Below, piece after piece: positions 25,577-35,312 of a stretch of 64,000 nt of DNA (its first letter is position 1; every line of letters starts with the position of its first letter). Position numbers and translations under genes: made by a program. A model generated the notes under the pieces. It saw only the letters and a program-made list of their open reading frames with translations. It searched no databases and was not told the DNA's origin. The stretch lies in IMG/VR virus record IMGVR_UViG_3300035524_000014; one strand, 5' to 3'. Source of the DNA: a virus.

Positions 25577-25792
25577 ATGTTCAATTATTCTAAGATTGAA
25601 TGTCAAGAACACGGTGTTATGTTTTATAATGTGATGTTTAATGAAGACATAGGTCCGTATAAAGGGGGTGATATTATCCCTTACACCTACCTGTCTTTTG
25701 ACAAGGGAACTATTGTGTTTGGCGAAGACGTGGAAGAAGGTAAAGAAACTGTTTATGAGTATGAATTTCATATTCTAGTAGGAGAGGAATAG
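25577..25792 (+). CDS. Hypothetical protein
   Basis: A 71-aa ORF with GGAG upstream. Confidence 0.5.
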   Translation: MFNYSKIECQEHGVMFYNVMFNEDIGPYKGGDIIPYTYLSFDKGTIVFGEDVEEGKETVYEYEFHILVGEE

Positions 25793-25796
25793 ATAT

Positions 25797-26840
25797 ATGG
25801 GGAAAAATATACTTATAAATGATGAGGGAAGAACATGTACGAAATGTGAAATTTTTCGTACATGGGATTTCTTCTATAAGCAAAAGGGAGGAGCAAGGGG
25901 TAAACGAGCCAAGTGTAAATTATGTAGTGGATTCACTGGATCACATAGTCCTATTTATGATGATTTAGGAAGAGTGTGTAGAAAGTGTAATAAATATAAA
26001 GAATGGGGTAAGTATCCCTCACATAAAAACGGATTCATGGGGAAGAATGAGGTATGCTCTGAATGTTGTAGTAAACAGCACAAACAATATTATAGTAATA
26101 ATAGTGAGAAACTAAAAGAACGGGCAAGGATATATTTAAGTGATCCGGTTATAAAAGAAAGAACCCGAAAAAGAAAGAAAAAAACATACTTACGAGATAA
26201 GGAAATAATATCTGCTAAAGGAAAAATATATAGAAACAGTCTGGCTCCGTTTTCTACCTATGCAAATAAATTACTTGAGGACATAGAAAACCCATCTGAT
26301 GATGGATACGGCAACTTAGAGGTTTCTTGCTATTTATGTGGACAACGATTTACCCCTACAACTCAAGATGTTAAAAATAGAGTTAGTGCTATAAATGGCA
26401 ATGTTTCAGGGGAATACCATTTATATTGTTCAGATGTATGTAAAAACTCATGTACTACCTACGGGAATAATGTTAACAGACGAAACGATCCAACCCTTCC
26501 TGCTATAAATACAAATAGTATTCCTAGAGAATTTGTACATGAATTTACAGAAATGATATTACAGGAAGATAATTATGAATGTCAAATATGTGGTAGTAAA
26601 AAAGATTTAAAAGTACACCATATAATATCTGTAAAACAGTCATTCATGGAGTCTTGTGACATACATAACGCAATAACAGTATGTAACACTTGTCATGAGA
26701 AATTACATTCATATGATAACTGTAGTAAGTATTATTTATCAACTCTTAACTGCGAATATTTAGAAAATATACGATACCAAGCTAAAAATTTTATAAAAAT
26801 AGTAAATTATTGGTTAGAAACGTATAAAGGAGAAAAATAA
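25797..26840 (+). CDS. HNH endonuclease, family copy 1 (putative homing endonuclease)
   Basis: N-terminal INDEGRTCTKCEIF zinc ribbon; C-terminal CQICGSKKDLKVHHIISV...NAITVCNTCHEKLH. Paralog of 59460..60482. Confidence 0.8.
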   Translation: MGKNILINDEGRTCTKCEIFRTWDFFYKQKGGARGKRAKCKLCSGFTGSHSPIYDDLGRVCRKCNKYKEWGKYPSHKNGFMGKNEVCSECCSKQHKQYYSNNSEKLKERARIYLSDPVIKERTRKRKKKTYLRDKEIISAKGKIYRNSLAPFSTYANKLLEDIENPSDDGYGNLEVSCYLCGQRFTPTTQDVKNRVSAINGNVSGEYHLYCSDVCKNSCTTYGNNVNRRNDPTLPAINTNSIPREFVHEFTEMILQEDNYECQICGSKKDLKVHHIISVKQSFMESCDIHNAITVCNTCHEKLHSYDNCSKYYLSTLNCEYLENIRYQAKNFIKIVNYWLETYKGEK

Positions 26841-27911
26841 GTGTCTAAGAAGAAAACAATCAAAGATGATCTTGAAAACTACGTTAACGAAACGGATGTA
26901 GTAGAAGACAGGAAATACCTTTCAACAGGGTGTACTTTACTGAATGTGCTTCTTTCTGGTAAAGCTAATGGAGGCATACCTACGGGAACTGTTATTAATC
27001 CAGCAGGAGGAACTCACTCAGGAAAGACATTACTTGCATTAACTATGCTTGCTACTGCCGCAAATGATCCTCAATTTGATGATTATGAGTTGCATATGCA
27101 GGATACCGAAAATGGTGCTCTGTTTAATGATATTGAATATTTTGGGGAGAAGTTCTGTAATCGTATTAATAAAACGATTGATAACTCTATGGAAGGATTT
27201 TTTACTCGTCTTACAGAAATGACAGATAAGGGGAAAAAGTTTATCTATGTTATTGATTCTTATGATGGATTAATGTGTGCCGAAGACCGTAGGAGAAAAT
27301 CGGAAATCCAAAAATCTTATAATGACGGAAAAGAATTTAAATATCAGGATTTTCCTCGTAGAGCGGCTTTTGGGCATGAACTTTGTAGAAATATGGTGTC
27401 TGCTATTGCAGAAACGGGGTCCATTATAATTAATATTTCTCAAGCAAAAGAAAAACTAAATAAAAACCCTTATGAAGATGGTAGGCGTAGGGCAGGAGGA
27501 ACCGCTCTAGAATTTTATACACATGCTGTGTTCTGGCTTTCTCTTGGATCAAAAGACAAGGAGAAAGAAGGTACTATCACAATCAATAAAGGTCATTGGG
27601 TTAATTTTGATATTACGAAAAATCGAATCAATGGACAAAACGCTAAAATGAAACTTTATATTCGTCCCCACTATGGTATTGATGATATTGTTTCTAGTAT
27701 TGAATTTCTTGATTCAATTAATGCACTGAAGAAAGAAAAACGCTCTTTTGTAATAGAAGAATGGGATTTCAAGGGGACAAGTGATTCTCTTATTCAGTTT
27801 ATTGAGAATGAGAATAAAGAGGAAGAACTTGGTAAAATGGTGGAAAAAGAATGGAATAAATTGATTAACAAACATATGAATAAGATTCCTCGTAAAAAAA
27901 GGTTTAACTAA
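26841..27911 (+). CDS. RecA/UvsX-like recombinase (GTG start)
   Basis: LSTGCTLLNVLLSG..GGIPTGTVINPAGGTHSGKTLLAL (Walker A) and VIDSYD (Walker B-like). Confidence 0.7.
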   Translation: MSKKKTIKDDLENYVNETDVVEDRKYLSTGCTLLNVLLSGKANGGIPTGTVINPAGGTHSGKTLLALTMLATAANDPQFDDYELHMQDTENGALFNDIEYFGEKFCNRINKTIDNSMEGFFTRLTEMTDKGKKFIYVIDSYDGLMCAEDRRRKSEIQKSYNDGKEFKYQDFPRRAAFGHELCRNMVSAIAETGSIIINISQAKEKLNKNPYEDGRRRAGGTALEFYTHAVFWLSLGSKDKEKEGTITINKGHWVNFDITKNRINGQNAKMKLYIRPHYGIDDIVSSIEFLDSINALKKEKRSFVIEEWDFKGTSDSLIQFIENENKEEELGKMVEKEWNKLINKHMNKIPRKKRFN

Positions 27912-28525
27912 TGTCCTACCTCTTATCCCTAGACCTCTCCATATCATGCACAGGTCTTTGTATTTTTGATGCAGGTAAAGAAGAACTCATAGAACATCAT
28001 ATTATTCCTGTTAAGAAGACACAAAAGAAAAAATATAAAGGGATGTTCGATATTGGTGTGGAAGAACCAAACTACGTCAATTTTGAAAACGATTACGCGA
28101 AGTTTGAATACATTTCCAATAGGGTTCTTGAAATATGTGACCCATATAAGGATAGTTTGAAATGGGTTGCCAAAGAGGGTTATTCTTTTGGTGGAAGTGC
28201 CCTTTCTCGTCTTGCAGAACAATCTGGGGTTTGTCTTTTTCAACTCTATATGAAAGAGATAAACAATCTTAATAACCTCATTACAATAGCACCTGTTAGT
28301 GTTAAGAAGGTGGGATGTGGTAAAGGTAAGGCAACTAAGAAAGAGGTTATGGAAGGCGTTAAACAAAGATGGGGAATTAATACTGAATATTGGTATTCCT
28401 CTGATGATTGTGATGCTTTTGTTATTGGCCGCATTGCGCTAATGACAATCAACAACACACCTTCTGATTCTTATGAAAAAGAACTTAGAAAAAAGATAAT
28501 TAAAAACAATAAACTTAATTTGTAG
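27911..28525 (+). CDS. RuvC-like Holliday junction resolvase
   Basis: LSLDLSISCTGLCIF (first catalytic Asp), AKEGYSFG, and SSDDCDAFVIGR near the C-terminus. Confidence 0.7.
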   Translation: MSYLLSLDLSISCTGLCIFDAGKEELIEHHIIPVKKTQKKKYKGMFDIGVEEPNYVNFENDYAKFEYISNRVLEICDPYKDSLKWVAKEGYSFGGSALSRLAEQSGVCLFQLYMKEINNLNNLITIAPVSVKKVGCGKGKATKKEVMEGVKQRWGINTEYWYSSDDCDAFVIGRIALMTINNTPSDSYEKELRKKIIKNNKLNL

Positions 28526-28529
28526 TAAT

Positions 28530-29831
28530 ATGCCGCTTACTGACGTACATAATATTATAATGAAAATTCGTCATACTAAAGAGACGAATAAAAAAGAGAA
28601 GATTCTTGAGAGGGGGTTGACTAAAATAGGTCGCCCCCTATACATGACTCTACGATATGCCTATGATCCTTATCTAACTTTCGGTGTTAAGAAAATCTCC
28701 TATAAAAAAAGTATCTCCGCGAGTAGAGATGATGTTGAGATATTTGACTACTTGGAATACCTTTCTAGAAATGTGAAAAACCGGGCCAATAAGAAACAAG
28801 TTGATACTCTTGCTATTCTATCTTCGACCAATGAGCAAACAACAAAAGTAGTTAACCTTATTCTGCAAAAGAATCTGAAGATGGGACTGAATATAAAAAG
28901 CATTAGGAAGATATTGAACATCGAAGCCCACGAAACAACAATGGAACCATACTATATTGTTCCGGTTTGCTTAGAAGAGGAGTACATTTCCCCCAGATTG
29001 GATGCCTATCTAAAGGTTGTGAAATATAGGTCTAAAATATATGGGCAGTACGAAGTAGGTGGGATTAGAACAAAATTCACTAATGGCAAATTTTTAAATA
29101 AATACTGTGTAGGCTCAGAAGTTCTTGAAGTAATTAGGACACAGATGGAAGCCTTTGCTGCTGAAATGAAAAACTTACCTTTATTTCGATATTTGGACTT
29201 GCAATTTGAATATGATTGTGTTATTTCCTACAAAGGTTATGATTTAGAAGATTGGTTTTTAGAGGAGGGTGAATTTCTAGAAGTATGTGTCCCAGACGAT
29301 TTCAAAGTTCATATTATTGATGTGGCTAATGCTGGAATGGTATATAAGGATAAAATAAAAATTCTAAAAAGAATTTCAGAACAACCGAACATTGAGATTC
29401 TCTATCCATTTAAATTAAAATCATATAGTGACATAATTACACAATATATAAATGCTATTGAAAAAGGATATAAAGGAATATTCCTTAAACATAGGAATTA
29501 TGTATATGAGCCAATAAAGACGCCGCTATGGTTGAAATTTAGAAATATTCCTTACGCAACCTTGGAGGTGTATGATCAAAAGTTTACTTTATTAAACGCA
29601 AAGAGAAAGAATTATATCCATTGGTATCTTTGTGGAACGCCATACAATGAGCAATGGGTAAGTACTGGCAACACATATAAAGAAAAAGATATAAAAGCGG
29701 TTGAGAGGAAACCACTTCCATCTGAAGTAGGAGTTATGTTTGATGAAATAGATGAAAACCACATGCTTAAACATGCTATTGTGTATAGTGAAGAGAATGT
29801 AAAGAAGTTCATTAAAAATACTAAAAGGTAG
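28530..29831 (+). CDS. T4-type ATP-dependent DNA ligase homolog lacking canonical catalytic residues
   Basis: The N-terminus is collinear with my recollection of T4 gp30. Motif I reads QYEVGGIR where KxDGxR is expected, motif III FEYDCVI, motif IV KGIFLK, motif V LWLKFR. Confidence 0.55.
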   Translation: MPLTDVHNIIMKIRHTKETNKKEKILERGLTKIGRPLYMTLRYAYDPYLTFGVKKISYKKSISASRDDVEIFDYLEYLSRNVKNRANKKQVDTLAILSSTNEQTTKVVNLILQKNLKMGLNIKSIRKILNIEAHETTMEPYYIVPVCLEEEYISPRLDAYLKVVKYRSKIYGQYEVGGIRTKFTNGKFLNKYCVGSEVLEVIRTQMEAFAAEMKNLPLFRYLDLQFEYDCVISYKGYDLEDWFLEEGEFLEVCVPDDFKVHIIDVANAGMVYKDKIKILKRISEQPNIEILYPFKLKSYSDIITQYINAIEKGYKGIFLKHRNYVYEPIKTPLWLKFRNIPYATLEVYDQKFTLLNAKRKNYIHWYLCGTPYNEQWVSTGNTYKEKDIKAVERKPLPSEVGVMFDEIDENHMLKHAIVYSEENVKKFIKNTKR

Positions 29832-29931
29832 GAAAATCTCAATGTCAGGATCGTGGAAATCTATGGAGTCCGCACCTAAAGATGGAACTTTAATTATCAG
29901 ACTGTGTTGTCACTAATAAAAGGAGAATATT

Positions 29932-30258
29932 TTGAGTAACAACGAACCAAAAGCAACCGAACCAACCATCAAACTTTCAACCAAACAAGAGGTATTTCTT
30001 TGTTGGGCAACCACAGAGTTTCATGATCTTGGTGTGCAATCTGTTCCCAATGACCAGAATCCAGAAGAGCCTAGAGTATTTGTGGTCTTCAATAAAGACT
30101 TGGTTCTTGGGTTCTTTCCTTGTGGGAGTATCAATGTAGTTATTGTTGGAGATGACAATTTCAAACGAACCACTTTTGAGAAGAATGATTATGAAGTAAA
30201 AGATGTTATTTCTTTTGTTGAGGATTATATTAACAAAGAATCTGAAGAGGGGGAGTAA
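29932..30258 (+). CDS. Hypothetical protein (TTG start)
   Basis: AAGGAG lies 7 nt before TTG 29932. Confidence 0.5.
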   Translation: MSNNEPKATEPTIKLSTKQEVFLCWATTEFHDLGVQSVPNDQNPEEPRVFVVFNKDLVLGFFPCGSINVVIVGDDNFKRTTFEKNDYEVKDVISFVEDYINKESEEGE

Positions 30259-30261
30259 TAC

Positions 30262-30456
30262 ATGAATTTTACGGAGTTTGGTTGGGACGGCGCGGACGAG
30301 TATAACGAGTACAGCGAACAACTAGTTAATAAACTGAATATTATTCTCAAAGAAGACACAGATAAGGGCATGTCGCTTATTCAGAAAGCGGATGAACTTC
30401 TTCCGACAAAGGAAAATGTTGTTGGTCTTATTGAAGAAATCAATTCTAACTATTAA
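30262..30456 (+). CDS. Hypothetical acidic protein
   Basis: A 64-aa ORF. Confidence 0.5.
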   Translation: MNFTEFGWDGADEYNEYSEQLVNKLNIILKEDTDKGMSLIQKADELLPTKENVVGLIEEINSNY

Positions 30457-30464
30457 TTACCTCT

Positions 30465-31670
30465 ATGATCAAATCAGTATTCATTCAAAATTTTGAAGCC
30501 CACGCAAAAACTCATCTTGATTTTACAGAAGGGGTTAATGTAATCAGTGGGTCTTCAAACAACGGCAAAAGTTCTATTATCAAGGCACTCATGTGGTGCC
30601 TTTTTAATCAACCTAATGGGTTTTCTTTCAAGAAAAACAATTGCCGTGGAGCAACTATTGTAAAGGTTGTTTTTGATAACGGGCAGTATATCGAAAGAAA
30701 GAGAGATTCAAAAACAAACCAATATGATTGTAACGGTGAAGTTCTGAAAGCTCTTGGTACAGGAGTTCCAGAGGTTGTCACAGATATTACTAACGTTTCT
30801 GGTATCAATATTCAATCTCAATTTGATCAGTTCTACCTTCTCCAAGAATCTTCTGGTGAGGTCGCAAGGACTTTGAATGATATTGTAGGATTATCTATCA
30901 TTGATTCTGCTCTCAGTAAGGCCAGTAAGTTTGTCAACTTTTACAGGAAAGACAGGGTTACACAAGAGGAATTGTCTAAAACAAAAAAAGAGGAACTTGA
31001 GCAATATTCTTGGGTGGATAGAGCAGAAATCACTTGTCAAACTTTAAAAGATATGGTAGAAGATGTTTCTGTTTATGAAGAAGATGAAAAGTCTCTTTCT
31101 AAGATAATTGAACGACATAGTGTGCTTGAGGAAACCCTTTCTAAAATTCCTAATATTCCTTATGAAAAAGTGGAGCACGTTAAATCAATTATAAAGGATT
31201 TCTTAATAGTTGATAAGGATTTAGAATCTCTATCGAAATGTATAGATAAACTCGATAGCATACGACAGTCCCTTAATGAATTAGATACGTATGATGAATG
31301 TGGTAATGCACTTGAGCACGCTAAGAAACTGGTAAAGGAATATAAAATGGCAAGCGAATCTGAGTTCAATCTAAATAAACTTATCTCAGACTATGATCGT
31401 ATAAATGATGCTTATAATGACACTGCAAACTTCCTTTCTTGCAAGCCCATTTATGATTCCTTGCGGGAAGACGTAGGGGAATATGAAGAAGTTTCTAAAG
31501 CCTATGCAGATATTGATAAAAAGATTAGACAGGATAAAGAGATTCAAGAAGCCACGATGAAGGTAATGAAGATTATTGAGCGGGCAAGGGAAGAGAAAAG
31601 GAAAATTGAAGCAGAAGCCGGAGTATGCCCTCTTTGTGGAAAAACTTTTGAAAATGGAGAATGTTGTTAA
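30465..31670 (+). CDS. Rad50/SbcC-like ATPase, N-terminal half (Walker A head, coiled coil, terminal Cys hook)
   Basis: IQNFEAH...ISGSSNNGKSSI (Walker A), about 230 aa of coiled coil, ending in GVCPLCGKTFENGECC. Confidence 0.75.
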   Translation: MIKSVFIQNFEAHAKTHLDFTEGVNVISGSSNNGKSSIIKALMWCLFNQPNGFSFKKNNCRGATIVKVVFDNGQYIERKRDSKTNQYDCNGEVLKALGTGVPEVVTDITNVSGINIQSQFDQFYLLQESSGEVARTLNDIVGLSIIDSALSKASKFVNFYRKDRVTQEELSKTKKEELEQYSWVDRAEITCQTLKDMVEDVSVYEEDEKSLSKIIERHSVLEETLSKIPNIPYEKVEHVKSIIKDFLIVDKDLESLSKCIDKLDSIRQSLNELDTYDECGNALEHAKKLVKEYKMASESEFNLNKLISDYDRINDAYNDTANFLSCKPIYDSLREDVGEYEEVSKAYADIDKKIRQDKEIQEATMKVMKIIERAREEKRKIEAEAGVCPLCGKTFENGECC

Positions 31671-32920
31671 TGTTGGATAAGAACAAAGAATCTATTATTA
31701 AAGAAGTATATACTAAATTTCTAGAGCTTGGAAACAAGTCTGAGGTAGCGAGAGTCCTTAATCTTCCTAGAACCACTGTGCGCCGCTATATTGACCAGTT
31801 CCATGGCAAACAAACAGTGAATGAAACCATTCCTGATACGGGTGGAGATACTATTTCTATTGACGTTCCCGAAGGTATGACTGAAGAGGATATTTATAAA
31901 GAACATGGTCTAGATCCTTCTCAATGGCAAATCACAAATATCACAAAGAATGAGTGGACTACTCCGTTTAAGACCGAAGATGGAGAAGTTGAATACGCTA
32001 CCAATAAACAGAATAAAGTGGTATTCAAAAAACTGATACCTGACCTCACAAAAGATGTTATCAAGGAGCAATATGCTCTTATGGCCCAATACTCTCCGAA
32101 AGTGGGAAAGATTAAATATGATTCTTATAGTGGCGGGGTGCTTCTAGAGATTGCTATTGTTGATGCCCACATTGGTAAACTATGTTGGGCGGCAGAAACC
32201 GGAGAATCTTATGACATTAAGATTGCCAAGGAACGATATATTTCTGCTGTATATGATCTACTGAATAAGACGTGTTATTTTAACATAGATAAAATCCTAA
32301 TGCCTATTGGTAATGATCTATTTAACATTGATAGCAGTAACAACACTACTACTTCTGGAACCCCACAGGATGTTGATTCTAGGTTTACTAAAATTTTTAG
32401 GGTAGTGTCTGAAACCCTTGTAGAAGTAATTGATATGTGTGCCAAAGTTGCTCCTGTTGACGTAATTGTGGTGCCCGGTAATCATGATCGGGCATCGTGT
32501 TTCTATGCAGGGGAGTTTCTAAATGCTTGGTATAGAAATAATGAAAATGTAGATATTGATAATAGTCCTAAACTTCGTAAGTATTACCAATATGGCAATT
32601 CTTTGATCGGTTTTACGCATGGATCAGAAGAACGACATGATATTCTTCCGTTGCTTATGGCTAGAGAAGCAAAAGATGAATGGGGGAAGTGTTCTTTTTA
32701 CGAATTTCAAGTGGGACATTTTCATAAAAAGAAACAGGTAAAATATACTTCAGGGGATACCCATAATGGCGTTCTTGTTCGTACTCTTGACTCTCTTTCT
32801 GGAACAGACTTCTGGCACCACTCTAAAGGGTATACAGAAGGTATTAGGGCAGCGACTGCACTAATTTACCACCCCGAAGATGGCTACATGGCAGAATTTA
32901 GTTCTAAAATTGTAAAATAG
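31661..32920 (+). CDS. HTH plus calcineurin-like metallophosphoesterase
   Basis: N-terminal EVARVLNLPRTTVRRYI. Phosphoesterase motifs VDAH, GND, VVPGNHD, FTHG, VGHFH. Confidence 0.6.
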   Translation: MLLMLDKNKESIIKEVYTKFLELGNKSEVARVLNLPRTTVRRYIDQFHGKQTVNETIPDTGGDTISIDVPEGMTEEDIYKEHGLDPSQWQITNITKNEWTTPFKTEDGEVEYATNKQNKVVFKKLIPDLTKDVIKEQYALMAQYSPKVGKIKYDSYSGGVLLEIAIVDAHIGKLCWAAETGESYDIKIAKERYISAVYDLLNKTCYFNIDKILMPIGNDLFNIDSSNNTTTSGTPQDVDSRFTKIFRVVSETLVEVIDMCAKVAPVDVIVVPGNHDRASCFYAGEFLNAWYRNNENVDIDNSPKLRKYYQYGNSLIGFTHGSEERHDILPLLMAREAKDEWGKCSFYEFQVGHFHKKKQVKYTSGDTHNGVLVRTLDSLSGTDFWHHSKGYTEGIRAATALIYHPEDGYMAEFSSKIVK

Positions 32921-32930
32921 GAGATAAAAG

Positions 32931-33842
32931 ATGAAGTATTGTATCATAGGGGATTTTCATCTAACAAATCATACTCCGGTGTGTAGAACAGATGATTACC
33001 CCGAAACACAGAAGAATAAATTGAAATGGATTTTTGATTATTGCGTTGATAATCATGTTAATAAAATTGTAACCGTTGGTGATTTTTTCGATAAAGCACA
33101 ATATCCATTACATTTTATTTCAAGTTGTTTTAGTCTGTTTAAGCCTCTTAATACATATATGGTAAATATTCCTTTTCATTCTGTAGCAGGAAATCATGAC
33201 CTTACTTTTAAGTCACTATTATCAAACAATTCAGCGTTTGGCGTATTAAGTGAGTCGGGTATTATTAAAAAAGAACCACCAGAAGATGATAAAGAATGTG
33301 TATTTCATTTTTGCCATTATGGAGAGGACATTCCTGAACCCGAAAAGGATAAATTCAATGTTCTAATTATCCATGTAGGTATCAGTGAAGAGGCACTCAA
33401 TTTTGAAATAAAAGAGCCTTGGTACACTGCAAAGGATTTTCTGAAAGAACATAAATTTGATTTGGTTTTTTCTGGACACAACCACACTCGTTTCAAATAT
33501 AGTGTAAGGGCGGGAAAGCGAAGGCTATATAACTGTGGTTCTATCTGCCGTAGTTCTGTTAAGCAGAAAGATCACGAACCATATATTTACATTTTTGATT
33601 CTGTGACAAAAGAGGTTGAAGAAATTCCCATTCCTATTCCGGATTCTAGAATTGTGATTGATGCGGAAAGGCATGAGAACAGAAAAGAGATTGATATGAA
33701 GATCAGTTCTTTTGTGAATGGGTTTGAAGATTCAGAAAAGATTTCCCTTGACTTTTTCTCTAACTTATGGAATAGTAAAAACGTCAATGAGGCAGAGGAG
33801 AGAGTAAAAAAAATTATAACTGAATGTGTTAATGGAGAATAA
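32931..33842 (+). CDS. Mre11/SbcD-like nuclease (metallophosphoesterase)
   Basis: IIGDFHL, VGDFFD, AGNHD, IIHVG, SGHNH. Confidence 0.75.
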   Translation: MKYCIIGDFHLTNHTPVCRTDDYPETQKNKLKWIFDYCVDNHVNKIVTVGDFFDKAQYPLHFISSCFSLFKPLNTYMVNIPFHSVAGNHDLTFKSLLSNNSAFGVLSESGIIKKEPPEDDKECVFHFCHYGEDIPEPEKDKFNVLIIHVGISEEALNFEIKEPWYTAKDFLKEHKFDLVFSGHNHTRFKYSVRAGKRRLYNCGSICRSSVKQKDHEPYIYIFDSVTKEVEEIPIPIPDSRIVIDAERHENRKEIDMKISSFVNGFEDSEKISLDFFSNLWNSKNVNEAEERVKKIITECVNGE

Positions 33843-33844
33843 AT

Positions 33845-34090
33845 ATGAATGAAATTATCAAAGAACTTGAACGGGTTTCTAATCTTATTCGTGAAAACGA
33901 GAATAAGAAGGCGCGATTGGAAGGTGAAAGGGAAAGTCTTATGAACTCTCTTAAAGAAGGGTTTGGTGTGTCTTCCATTCGCGAAGCAAAGAAGAAACAA
34001 CGAGAAATCAGTGAAAAAAAAGAAACTCTTGAGTCCGAAATTGAACAGAAGATGGAAGAACTCCGAAAAATGATTCCTGAAGATATGTAG
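33845..34090 (+). CDS. Coiled-coil protein, in frame with the following Rad50 C-terminal-half ORF (one TAG between them)
   Basis: An 81-aa heptad-rich ORF with GGAG 7 nt upstream. 34097 minus 33845 is 252, i.e. 84 codons. Confidence 0.55.
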   Translation: MNEIIKELERVSNLIRENENKKARLEGERESLMNSLKEGFGVSSIREAKKKQREISEKKETLESEIEQKMEELRKMIPEDM

Positions 34091-34096
34091 GTTCTC

Positions 34097-34702
34097 ATGC
34101 AAAAATACAAACAAGAACTAAACAAACTCTCCGAATATATTGTCAGTCAAAAGGCGGAGAGAAATATGCTTCAAAAACAATTGTTAAAAATTGAGCAACA
34201 ACTCATTGAACTGAAAGAGAATTATGAAGCATCTCTCAAAGCAAGGGCACTTATTCAAGATGTAGGCAAGCAAACTCAGCAACAGCTTGAGTATCACATT
34301 TCTTCCATTGTGACTACTGCAATCATGTCTGTGTTTGAAGAAGAGATTGAATTTAAGGTTGAGTTTGTTGAGCGGAGAGGTAAAACGGAGTGTGATTTCT
34401 GGTTTGTCAAAGATAGTGAAAAAATGAATCCGGTGTTTTCCAGTGGAGGGGGATTGCTAGACATTACTTCTTTTGCACTCAGGATTAGTTTTTGGCATCT
34501 TAATCAAAATAGAAACGTGATGATCTTTGACGAGCCTATGCGTTTCCTGTCAAAGGAGCTTGTTCCAAAAGCTGTTGAGATGGTAAGGATGCTTTCCGAA
34601 AAACTCGGTATCCAATTCATTATTGTGTCGCATATTGAGTATTTTGTGGAAGGTGCAGATAAAAACTTTAGAATTGAAAAGGGGGTGTTGGTTAATGTCT
34701 AA
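34097..34702 (+). CDS. Rad50/SbcC-like ATPase, C-terminal half (signature motif, Walker B, H-loop)
   Basis: FSSGGGLLD (ABC signature), VMIFDEP (Walker B), FIIVSH (H-loop), preceded by coiled coil. Confidence 0.75.
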   Translation: MQKYKQELNKLSEYIVSQKAERNMLQKQLLKIEQQLIELKENYEASLKARALIQDVGKQTQQQLEYHISSIVTTAIMSVFEEEIEFKVEFVERRGKTECDFWFVKDSEKMNPVFSSGGGLLDITSFALRISFWHLNQNRNVMIFDEPMRFLSKELVPKAVEMVRMLSEKLGIQFIIVSHIEYFVEGADKNFRIEKGVLVNV

Positions 34703-35096
34703 AAAACAAAAACTTGTTATTGTACGAGGACTCCCGGGAGCAGGAAAATCTACATATTGTAATAAAACATTTACTCAGGATAATTACCATGTACTTGAAC
34801 CCGACCATCTTATGTGCGACGTACATGGAAAATATACTTACATCGAACAATTATGGGGAATGGCTTTAGATTTTACTTTCAAACAAGCGGATTTTCTTTT
34901 AAGTATTGGGTATAATGTGGTGGTGTGCGATGTTTTTCTCAGAGAAGAAGATTTGGTTCCTTATCGAGAATTAGCTAATTACTACGATGTTGATATGGAA
35001 GTAAAAACAATTGTAGGTAAGTATAAAAACATACACAATGTTCCATTTTTTGTTTATCGTACTATGAAAGATGCGTTTGACGAAATTCCGGGGTAA
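34695..35096 (+). CDS. P-loop kinase (AAA_33 / polynucleotide- or nucleotide-kinase-like)
   Basis: KLVIVRGLPGAGKST Walker A at the N-terminus, 133 aa. ATG 34695 overlaps the previous stop. Confidence 0.6.
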   Translation: MSKKQKLVIVRGLPGAGKSTYCNKTFTQDNYHVLEPDHLMCDVHGKYTYIEQLWGMALDFTFKQADFLLSIGYNVVVCDVFLREEDLVPYRELANYYDVDMEVKTIVGKYKNIHNVPFFVYRTMKDAFDEIPG

Positions 35097-35104
35097 ATAG
35101 TTTA

Positions 35105-35311
35105 ATGATTAAATTGTTATATAATACAATTCGTTGCATTTTTAATATACACGATCTTATTTTCATGAGCGGCCCATATTACTTTGTACAGGATAACGTG
35201 GTACATCGATACAATATGTATACATGTTATAATTGTCATAAAGAATTTCGTGTTATTGAAAATTTGCAATCTCGTAAAACCAGTACATATCAGAAAGTAG
35301 ATGGGGAATAA
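35105..35311 (+). CDS. Hypothetical protein
   Basis: A 68-aa ORF containing CYNCH. Confidence 0.45.
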   Translation: MIKLLYNTIRCIFNIHDLIFMSGPYYFVQDNVVHRYNMYTCYNCHKEFRVIENLQSRKTSTYQKVDGE

Positions 35312-35312
35312 A

